From the NCBI GenBank assembly GCA_965240325.2, contig OZ251229.1, positions 2,604,001 to 2,668,000 of the forward strand: 64,000 bases of DNA, given 5' to 3'. Both the position numbers and the translations under genes were made by a program. Position 1 is the first letter of the stretch; every line of letters starts with the position of its first letter. The stretch comes from Rebecca billardiae RCC1528. Taxonomy: Eukaryota > Protista > Haptophyta. A model generated the notes under the pieces. The model was given only the letters and a program-made list of their open reading frames with translations, ran no database searches and was not told the DNA's origin. Below are positions 34,979-43,294 of this stretch, piece after piece.

Positions 34979-35306
34979 CGCTGCCGGCCGGGGTGGGCAT
35001 GTGCGCCTGAGCTCGTCAGATTCTCACTCTGCTCACTCTCTCATTCAATGTTCAATGTTGTATGGTACTACATGCAGTACTGTGATGAGGTGCGGCCAAC
35101 GCGCCCCTCACCTGCCTGCGCCGGTCTGTTTTGTGGCGGTGTCTTTGTGCAGTGTTGGATGGCGTCAATCACGCCTTAACCAAGTGTGCACGTTAAAACA
35201 TAGTAGACTGTACTCAATCCCGAAACATTTGAGTCGCGACAGCACGTGCGCTGTCAGCTAAGTGACTGCTGCAGCAGCGGCACCCAAATTCTGAAGGCTG
35301 CAACGA

Positions 35307-37265
35307 CTACGGCTCCTCGGCCGCCGGCTCGACGCACGTGACCGCATCGTCGGCACCGCGCATGTCATCCACCACGATGGACGGCTGCCCGCTCCCAGGG
35401 TGGAGGACGACGAGCAGCTGAGGGCCCCGGGGAGAGGGCGGCGCCACCTGGGCGGCGGCATCGGCGTCGCGCGGTGATGCCAGCCCTGGCGGACTCGCCG
35501 CGTCGGGCGGCGGCTGGTTGGCCGCGCCCGCGCGCCGATCGCGCAGCGCGCGCGGCGAGAGCATGCGCGCGAGCGCGCTCACCCCCCGCGGCCTCTGCAC
35601 CGCGGTCGCGGGCGTGAGCAGGACATCGAGGTGCCTCGGCCGTCCGGGCGGCGTCAGTTGCGTTACGCCGGCGATGATGCCGAGCATGATTGATTGCAAG
35701 AGTAGCCAGATGCAACAGAAGCACGGCAGGAGGGCGAGGACGATCCACAGCGGGTCCGGCCTCGGCGGAGGGGCGCACAGCCGCCGACCGCGCTCCTCTT
35801 CCGCCCCCGCGCCGCCTGGCAGCAGGCTCAGCCGTCGCCTGCTGACGCAGTAGACGATTGGGCCGTCGGCCGGCGGCGCGTCGAAAATCTGCGGCGGCGG
35901 CGAGGGCGGCGACGCCACGGGGATGGCCCCAGCGAGGAGGCTGGCATAGTACAGCCGCGGGCCGCCGACGACGAGGTCGAGCACGGGCGCCGCGCCCTCC
36001 GCCGCGCTCGTGGGCACGGCGCCGAGCGAAGTCATCACAGTGCCCAGGTGTGAGGCATTGGCGATGCGTGATTCGCTGCCGCTGTCGGAGGGCAGTTGGT
36101 GCGCGCCCGCGGCCGCCGAGCTGAGCCGCGCGGATCGGCGAGCGGCGCCGTCCGGCGCGCTGAGCAGGACGACGTCGACGCGCCCGACGCCGCCGCTGTG
36201 CGCGTCCGGCGAGCCGACGAACACGTCGGGCACGCCGTCCGCGTCGAAGTCGCCCGCGCCCACCGCCGACGAGCAGAAGCGAGTGCCACTGGTCATCCCG
36301 TCGTTTCCGAGAACGTTCCGAGCGGTGATAGCGCTCGCGCGCAGCACGGCGTCGGCGCCGGGCTGCGCGGTGGCGTTGAGGAAGAGCACGAGCGCGGCGC
36401 CCGTGTTGAGCGCCCCGCGCGCGTCCCACGCGTGCGGCGCGCAGACGAGCACCTCGCTCGCGCCGTCGCCGTCGATGTCGCCGAGCCGGGCGGCTGCCCA
36501 GCCGAGCCGATCCCACGGGCGCGCGAGCGCTGCGACCGGCGCGGACGCGCTGAGCTCGTGCGCGCGCTGCACGGCGCCGCCCGCGTCGAGGAAGAGGAGG
36601 ACGACCGCCGACATCCCGTCCGGCCGCTGCCCCGACGCCAGCAGCTCGACCCGGCCGTCGCCGTCCACGTCGCCGACGCTCGCGAGCTGCGCCAAGTGTG
36701 GCAGTTGACCGAGCGAGCTGAGGTCTGCCGACACGGAGAGCGCGCGCGGAGGGCGCGAGGGCTTGGGCTCGCCGGTGCGGGCGAGGAAGATGATGTCCGC
36801 AAACGCGGGCGACGACTCGTCCGCTGAGCTCACCGCCACGTCCGGCACGCCGTCGTCGTCGAGGTCGCCGAGCGCAGCCACGGAGTGACCAAAGCCGGGG
36901 CGCCCGCCCGGAAAGTTGGGCTCAGTCGGGGAGATGCAGGTGATATGCCGGATGAGGCTGAGCGCCATGCTACTCGGGTGCTCGAGGAAGAGCACGCACG
37001 CGCCCCACGCCCACGCGCTCGACGACCCGACCACGAGGTCGTTCGCCCAGTTGCCGTCCACGTCGCCGATGCTCGTGGCGGCGCCGCGCGCCGAGAGCGT
37101 GTCCGGGGGCACCCAGCCCAACGTCGGCAGGAGCACGCGGTCGTACTGGACCAGTGGGCGGTGGTAGGACCTGACGCCCTGCAGGAGCAGCAGCGCGAGC
37201 CCCAGCCACCGCCGGGGCCGTGGCCGAGGCCGCCCGCCACCTGGCGGCGCGGCCAGCTGCCTCAT
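35307..37265 (-). CDS. FG-GAP (integrin-alpha-type beta-propeller) single-pass membrane protein
   Basis: Signal-like WLGLALLLLQG; repeats GDVDGNWANDLVVG, FGHSVAALGDLDDDGVPDVAV, GDIDGDGASEVLVCAP, GDFDADGVPDVFVGSP; TM segment LWIVLALLPCFCCIWLLL. Confidence 0.88.
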   Translation of the reverse strand: MRQLAAPPGGGRPRPRPRRWLGLALLLLQGVRSYHRPLVQYDRVLLPTLGWVPPDTLSARGAATSIGDVDGNWANDLVVGSSSAWAWGACVLFLEHPSSMALSLIRHITCISPTEPNFPGGRPGFGHSVAALGDLDDDGVPDVAVSSADESSPAFADIIFLARTGEPKPSRPPRALSVSADLSSLGQLPHLAQLASVGDVDGDGRVELLASGQRPDGMSAVVLLFLDAGGAVQRAHELSASAPVAALARPWDRLGWAAARLGDIDGDGASEVLVCAPHAWDARGALNTGAALVLFLNATAQPGADAVLRASAITARNVLGNDGMTSGTRFCSSAVGAGDFDADGVPDVFVGSPDAHSGGVGRVDVVLLSAPDGAARRSARLSSAAAGAHQLPSDSGSESRIANASHLGTVMTSLGAVPTSAAEGAAPVLDLVVGGPRLYYASLLAGAIPVASPPSPPPQIFDAPPADGPIVYCVSRRRLSLLPGGAGAEEERGRRLCAPPPRPDPLWIVLALLPCFCCIWLLLQSIMLGIIAGVTQLTPPGRPRHLDVLLTPATAVQRPRGVSALARMLSPRALRDRRAGAANQPPPDAASPPGLASPRDADAAAQVAPPSPRGPQLLVVLHPGSGQPSIVVDDMRGADDAVTCVEPAAEEP

Positions 37266-37323
37266 CGAGCGCGGGTGGGCTTGGGTGCTCACTGCTCACC
37301 GACGGGCTAACTAACGTCACACG

Positions 37324-39168
37324 ATGGCCGGCGACGACGCGTCGTGGCACGAGCTCCTGCGTGGCGCCGACGCGCTCGTGGACGAGCCGATCCCGCCGCC
37401 ATCGCGCCCTGCGGGTGTACCACCGTACGCCTCGCGCGCGGAGGCCTTCATCGAGGCCGAGCTCGACGCGCGCGGGGACAGCCATGGCGCCGAGCACGCA
37501 CGGATCGTGCGTGACAACGCACTCGCCATCCTCGCTGAGCTGCGCGCCGTCTCGGCGCCGGCCGGCTCGGCATCGCCGCCGACGGCGCAGCTCGACGAGA
37601 CGCTCTCGCGCGAGGCGAAGGTGGTTGAGCTCGCCGCGCTGCTGCACGACGTGTGCGACCACAAGTATTGTGACCCGGCGACGGATGCGGGCCGCGCGGT
37701 GATCGCTCGGCGCGATGCCTGCCTCGCCGAGGTCACGGTGGCTGACGAGGCGCGCGACGTGCTCGCGATCGTGGAGGCCGTGTCGTTCAGCCGCGAAAAG
37801 CGCGGGCAGCTCCGGCTCGACGAGCTCCCGCCCGGCGTGCGCGCGCTGCGCGACATTGTGAGCGACGCTGACAAGCTGGAGGCCATTGGCACCGTCGGGC
37901 TGCGCCGCTGCATCGACTATCGGCTGGAGAGCGCGGCCGCCGAGGGCGTCGAGCCGGCCGGCCCCGAGGCGGTGGCGCGCGACGTGGCGGCGCACTGCGA
38001 CGAGAAGCTCCTCCGGCTGCGTGACCGTTACATCCGCACCGAGCCTGGCCGCCGCCTCGCGCTCGCGCGCCACCGCGCCCTGGCCGCGTGGCGGCGCGCG
38101 TGCGCGCGCGCCGCGCGCGAGCCTCCGCTGGTGAGCTGCGTCATGTCGGTGCGTGATGGCGAGCCCTGGCTGGCCGAGGCGTTGCGCAGCGTGGGCGCGC
38201 AGGCGCACCGGCCGCTCGAGCTCTCGGTGTACGACGACGGCTCCACCGACGGCACCGCGCACGCCCTGGCGGCCGCGCGGGACTCCCTTGAGGCCTCCGG
38301 CGTGCGCGTGCTCCTCAGCTCCGGCCCGCCGTGCGCCGAGCGCGGCCGCGGCATCGGCTACGCGCAGAACCGCGCGATCGAGCAGGCGTGCGGCGAGTAC
38401 GTGTGCTTCGTCGACGCGGACGACGTGAGCGCGCCCGAGCGCGTGGCTGCGCAGCTCGCGCGCGCGCTCGACGAGGGCGTAGCGCCCGAGGACGCGCGCC
38501 TGCTGGTGGGTTCGGGCTTCTCCAGAGAACCTTTGGACGCGACCCCTCGGTACTCGCGCTGGGCGAACGGGCTGAGCGACGCGCAGCTGGTGACGCACCG
38601 GCTGCGCGAGGTGACGCTGATCCACCCGACGTGGTTCTGCGCGCGTGCCGTCCTCGAGCGCCTTGGCGGCTTCCGCGAGGACGGGCCCGGATTCCCTGAG
38701 GATCTTGACTTCTTTTATCGGCACCTGAGCGCCGGCGGCGCACTCGCGCGACTGCCTGGGCCGCTCGTCATGTGGCGATATGTGGCGAGCGGCGTGACGG
38801 TCTCGCGCGGCGTGCACTGGCGCACGATCTGGGACATGCGCGTGGCGCAGCTCGAGGGCGTGCTGCGCGACGAGCCGTGGGCCTCGGGCTTTTCCATCTG
38901 GGGCGCGGGCAAGGAGGGGCGGCGGCTATACCGCTCGCTCTCCGAGCACGCGCGTGCGCGCGTGCGCGCCTTTTGCGACGTCGACGCGCGCAAGATGGCC
39001 GCCGGGTACACGCACCACGAGAGCGGCGCGCACGTGCCCGTCGTGCACTTCCGCGAGGCGCGGGCCCCGCTGCTCCTGTGCGTGAAGGACTTTGACGGCG
39101 AGTTCGCGGCGAACCTCGCCTCGCTCGGCCTCGAGGACGGCGTGGGCTACCTCCACTTCAGCTTCTGA
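37324..39168 (+). CDS. HD-domain phosphohydrolase fused to queuosine-tRNA galactosyltransferase (QTGAL/B3GNTL1-like GT2)
   Basis: HD part: SHGAEH, LLHDVCDHKY, DADKLEAIG, HCDEKLLRL. GT2 part: VYDDGSTD, GIGYAQNRA, FVDADD, TPRYSRWAN, PTWFC, PEDLDFFYRHL, IWGAGKEGRRLYRSL, AFCDVD, LCVK, YLHFS. One intronless ORF. Confidence 0.9.
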   Translation: MAGDDASWHELLRGADALVDEPIPPPSRPAGVPPYASRAEAFIEAELDARGDSHGAEHARIVRDNALAILAELRAVSAPAGSASPPTAQLDETLSREAKVVELAALLHDVCDHKYCDPATDAGRAVIARRDACLAEVTVADEARDVLAIVEAVSFSREKRGQLRLDELPPGVRALRDIVSDADKLEAIGTVGLRRCIDYRLESAAAEGVEPAGPEAVARDVAAHCDEKLLRLRDRYIRTEPGRRLALARHRALAAWRRACARAAREPPLVSCVMSVRDGEPWLAEALRSVGAQAHRPLELSVYDDGSTDGTAHALAAARDSLEASGVRVLLSSGPPCAERGRGIGYAQNRAIEQACGEYVCFVDADDVSAPERVAAQLARALDEGVAPEDARLLVGSGFSREPLDATPRYSRWANGLSDAQLVTHRLREVTLIHPTWFCARAVLERLGGFREDGPGFPEDLDFFYRHLSAGGALARLPGPLVMWRYVASGVTVSRGVHWRTIWDMRVAQLEGVLRDEPWASGFSIWGAGKEGRRLYRSLSEHARARVRAFCDVDARKMAAGYTHHESGAHVPVVHFREARAPLLLCVKDFDGEFAANLASLGLEDGVGYLHFSF

Positions 39169-39445
39169 CGACGGACAGTTCCGGCTGCTCACTCTCCGCC
39201 GCAAGCGGTGGCGGCGACGACGACTGACAGATGGCAACGCGCTGCGACTCCTACGGCTGACGACGACGCCGACTGCATGCCAACAATATAAGAAATCGTC
39301 GTCGAAATTAAGTGACCACGATGATGCTGGCCGGAGACGGAGTGATGATCATGACGATGGTGAGATTATTTGATGGGCATTGGCGCGGAAAATTACAGTG
39401 CGCAGCAAAGTGAATATAAAACTGCTCATCCATCGATCAAGCACG

Positions 39446-40420
39446 ATGGCGGCGCGTCGCAGCCTGCGCGTCGCGTTGCTTGGCCTCACGAACAGCGGCA
39501 AGTCGACGCTCTGCAACGCGCTCGTGGGCGAGGAGGTGTCCATCGCCACGCCAAAGCGGCACACCACGCGCACCAACGTGCGCGCCATCGTCGTCGAAGG
39601 CGACACCCAGGTCGTGCTGACGGACACGCCGGGTGTGCTCGAGCTGAGCAAGGGCTCTCGGCGGGAGCGCGCGCGCAACCGCGCGGACTTTCGCCCGCTG
39701 ATCGGCGTGGCGCGTGACGCGCTGTGGGAGGCCAGGCTCCATCTCCTCGTCGTCGATGCCGCCGCCCTCGACTCGCGTCACCGCGCCGCACACACGGGCC
39801 GCGAGCTCGCGCGGCTACGCTCGCTGGCCATTGAGAGCTTGCCACCGAGAGTGCCTGCCGACAGCGCGGCCGATGCGGGCGGCGGCTCAGCACGAGCGCC
39901 GACGCCGTGCGTCCTCGCGCTGAACAAGGTGGATCGCCTGCGCGGCGTCGCGCCGGGCCACACCTCGGCGCTCGCCGACCTCGTCGCGCACGGCGGCGGC
40001 ATCGAGCCCTGCGCCACCTTCGAGATCTCGGCGCGCACGGGCGCAGGCGTGGCTGCGCTCAAGCAGTATCTGGTCGGCGCGGCGAGGCCCGGCGAGTGGG
40101 AGTTCGACGATCCGTCCCAGCGGACCGACCTCACGCTCGGCGAGCGCGCGCTCGAGCTGCTCCGCGCCGCGCTGCACGGCTCGCTGCGCCACCAGCTTGC
40201 CTACGTCTGCCGGCAGGAGGGTGCGCACTGGCGGGAGGAGGGCGCTCGCGGCCAGCTCGCGCTCGAGGTGACGCTGAGCATGCCCGGCCGGCACGAGCTC
40301 GCCATCCTCCGCTCGGCGCTCCCGGAGATCGTCGGTGCTCTGCGCCCTCGCCTGCGCACGCTCTTCGACCGCGAGGTGAGGCTCACGCTGCGCTGCCGGA
40401 TGCGCTCGAAGAGGAGCTAA
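39446..40420 (+). CDS. Era-family GTPase
   Basis: G1 GLTNSGKST, G2 KRHTTR, G3 DTPG, G4 NKVD, G5 ISARTG, and a degenerate KH-like C-terminus. Confidence 0.88.
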   Translation: MAARRSLRVALLGLTNSGKSTLCNALVGEEVSIATPKRHTTRTNVRAIVVEGDTQVVLTDTPGVLELSKGSRRERARNRADFRPLIGVARDALWEARLHLLVVDAAALDSRHRAAHTGRELARLRSLAIESLPPRVPADSAADAGGGSARAPTPCVLALNKVDRLRGVAPGHTSALADLVAHGGGIEPCATFEISARTGAGVAALKQYLVGAARPGEWEFDDPSQRTDLTLGERALELLRAALHGSLRHQLAYVCRQEGAHWREEGARGQLALEVTLSMPGRHELAILRSALPEIVGALRPRLRTLFDREVRLTLRCRMRSKRS

Positions 40421-40491
40421 CTGTTAGTATTAACTAACAGTCGTCTGACAGGCTACGAATACAGGCGGCGGTAGCGTCGCTACATCATGAC

Positions 40492-40564
40492 ATATATAAT
40501 ATATATATGTATGTATGTATGTATGTATATATATAGATAGATAGATACTATAGATAGATAGATA
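40492..40564. repeat. Compound microsatellite (TA)n(TATG)n(TAGA)n
   Basis: Seen directly. Confidence 0.9.
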
Positions 40565-41335
40565 GTCGATAGGCCACGCGCACGTCGTCGAATATTATTA
40601 AGCGCGCGAATAAGCCGCTACTTATTATTGAATTTGATGATGCCGATGATGCGCAGAAATTAGCGACAGTTGCGGATCCCGCGGCTGGCCCACGCGTTCT
40701 ATGAAGAATGGCACGGCAACCTGCCACCGTGAGCCTTACGACGCACGTTAAAACAAATAAACTGTACTAGGAGTCTCCTACTTCTAGCCGCACTAACTGA
40801 GTAACTTTCTGACTATAAGATAGGGCAAATAATAAAGGCTGCGGACTCCGACATTATTAACCGGGGCCCGTCCTGAATCAACCATCAACCGCACCAAGGT
40901 CCACTGGTCGAGCCTGAGCGTAAATATTGCGACGAATACTACCGAGCATGCGGTAAGCACGCAATAGTATCGTCTGTGTAGTGTCAAGTTAATTAAAGTA
41001 AGTGGCGGCGGCCCGACGGCGACGCGGATCTGTCATCTGAACCCGCCCGAGGCGGCCGCCGCACTGGGGCTGGGCGCGCCAGCCGACTTGCCGAGGGCGA
41101 GGCTAGGCGGCTGATGGGCCGGTCTGCAGACCCGGACCTACGCCCCGGACACCCCCCGACAAGCGGTGGAGGTGTGGGGGTTGGTCCGGTACGGTCCGGC
41201 TGCATGCGCTGGCTGATGGGCGTCAAGCGGCAAGCGCCCGGACGCGAGGGCGAGGCGCCCGGATTGCAAACCGCGCTGGACTCTGGAGGGACGCGAGTCG
41301 CGAGCACCCCGAGATCGCTCCCACGCGCGCGACCA

Positions 41336-43294
41336 ATGGAGACTGGCAACACGCGCCTCGACCGCGCGGTGCGCGAGGCGCGCGCCGATCCGCAGGCGGC
41401 GCTGGAGCGCCTGCGCGAGGGCGACATCCCAACCATGTTTGCGGCGCAGATACTGCTCGTCTCGCAGCCCGGCCTCTTCTCCGACGCGCCCAAGCTCATC
41501 AAGGCGGTGTGCGCGGGCGTCAACGCGCGCGTCGCCGATGCCGAGCTGGAGCCGCGCCAGCGACGCGACTTGTGGATGTACGCCCTCACGGCGCTGGGCA
41601 ACGCGTGGTACACGATCGACACCGACTCGCCCTCCGCCGCCTCACGCCGCCTCTACGACAGCGCGATGGGCCCGCTGCTCGACCACCTCCAGGCCGCTCT
41701 GGATGATCTCGGCCCAGCCAACGACGGCCCGACGGATGACGGCGGCGAGACGCAGCGCGACATTCGGATGCCCGTCGCGATGCTCGTGTGCAACACCGCG
41801 CGCGAGTGGAACCTTGCCCACTTCGCCAAGCGCCCCGAGCTCGTCCGCCTTTTCCCGCGCCTCGCGGGCGAGCTCGCGGCCGGGGCTGGCTCGGCTAGCG
41901 CCGTCGCGCTGACCGCCGCGTCGGTTCGCGCCCATCGCTCGGCGGTGGCCAAGTCCGTGCACGAGTTCGTGGACAGCCCGGCGGTACGCGCGGTGCTCTG
42001 GTCGGACGAGCAGGGCCTGCGCGGCTGCGTCGAGCTCGCCCGCTCTGCCTCCGCCGCCGGCGCCGCCGAGGCGACCACGCTGGCCATGTGCATCGAGGCG
42101 CTCAATGAACTCGGCCGTGACGGCGACTGCCCGCGGCTGGCCGGGCTGGGCGCGGCGCAGCTGATCGCCGAGGTGGCCGCGCGGCCGAGCGTGCGCGCGG
42201 ACAACGGGCGCCGCGTGCGCACCGGCGCGATCGGCATGGCCTTCAACCTCGTCCTGCACGACCGCGCGGGCGGCAGGGCGGGCGCGTGCCCGGGCGCACG
42301 TGCGCTCTGGCGCGCCGGCGTGCTTGCGCCTCTGCTGAAGGTGCGCGAGGCGCCTGCGGACGCGGAGGAGCGCGAGCTGGCGGGCAACGCGATCGAGGGG
42401 ATGCTCAAGGACGTGGACGGGCTGCGCAAGCACGGCACCGACGCCGAGACCTCCGCCCTCATCAAGCGCGCCGCGCTCCGCCCGGGGCAGGGCCAGCAGG
42501 CGCTCAAGAATGCGGCGGCCATGCTGAACCTGCTGAGCACGGACGGCGAAGGCGCGGCCGAGCGCGCGCGCATGCCGGGCGCGCTCGGCGGCGGCATGCG
42601 CCGCGGCTGCCACAACGCGCTGTGCAACCAGGTGGAGGAGGAGGGCTCGCCGTTCCAGGCGTGCGCGCGCTGCAAGGGCGTGCGCTACTGCAGCCGCGAG
42701 TGCCAGCGCGCGGACTGGAAGGTGCACAAAAAGATGTGCAAGCAGAACGGCGGCGGCGGCGGCGCGGACGGCGGCGGCGGCTCGGCGGACGGCGGCGGCG
42801 CGTCGTCCGGCGTGCGCACGGGCTCCAAGTCGAAGGAGCAGATCGTCAGCGCGTGGATGAGCGAGCACCTCTCGATGGTCCTGTTCACCGCGCGCGGCCT
42901 CGAGGTGAGCCCGGAGAATCTCGTGATCTATCTCGACTTCACCGCGCCGGACGACATGGGCAGCTTCCCCAATCGCGAGATTCTGAGCGAGGAGGAGGCC
43001 ATGGCGGGCGGCGCGCTCAAGGAGCTCGGCTCGCAGCCCGGCCGCGAGTGGTGGAACGAGCGGCAGGAGGCGAACATCGCGTACTACCTCGACAAGCGGC
43101 GGCAGGCGGTCGCGGCGGGCAACGGCGCGCTCCAGATCGTGCACGTCGCGCGCTTCGAAGACTCCATCTTTGCCGGCCGGTACGTGGTGAGCGCCGAGCA
43201 CCGCGCGCAGGTGGAGCGCGCGGGCGCCAACTTTGGCGAGATGATGCTGGCGCGCATCCAGGCGGCCGCCACGCAGATGGGCGTGGGTTCTTGA
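41336..43294 (+). CDS. MYND zinc-finger protein with helical (ARM-like) N-terminus
   Basis: CHNALC..CARCKGVRYCSRECQRADWKVHKKMC in a long intronless ORF. Confidence 0.88.
   Translation: METGNTRLDRAVREARADPQAALERLREGDIPTMFAAQILLVSQPGLFSDAPKLIKAVCAGVNARVADAELEPRQRRDLWMYALTALGNAWYTIDTDSPSAASRRLYDSAMGPLLDHLQAALDDLGPANDGPTDDGGETQRDIRMPVAMLVCNTAREWNLAHFAKRPELVRLFPRLAGELAAGAGSASAVALTAASVRAHRSAVAKSVHEFVDSPAVRAVLWSDEQGLRGCVELARSASAAGAAEATTLAMCIEALNELGRDGDCPRLAGLGAAQLIAEVAARPSVRADNGRRVRTGAIGMAFNLVLHDRAGGRAGACPGARALWRAGVLAPLLKVREAPADAEERELAGNAIEGMLKDVDGLRKHGTDAETSALIKRAALRPGQGQQALKNAAAMLNLLSTDGEGAAERARMPGALGGGMRRGCHNALCNQVEEEGSPFQACARCKGVRYCSRECQRADWKVHKKMCKQNGGGGGADGGGGSADGGGASSGVRTGSKSKEQIVSAWMSEHLSMVLFTARGLEVSPENLVIYLDFTAPDDMGSFPNREILSEEEAMAGGALKELGSQPGREWWNERQEANIAYYLDKRRQAVAAGNGALQIVHVARFEDSIFAGRYVVSAEHRAQVERAGANFGEMMLARIQAAATQMGVGS

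Noticed and set aside
37324-40420. HD-QTGAL plus Era as a bacterial-style operon or contaminant
   Set aside because: The neighbouring genes are eukaryotic, with the same composition, spliceosomal introns and microsatellites, and QTGAL is a eukaryotic family.
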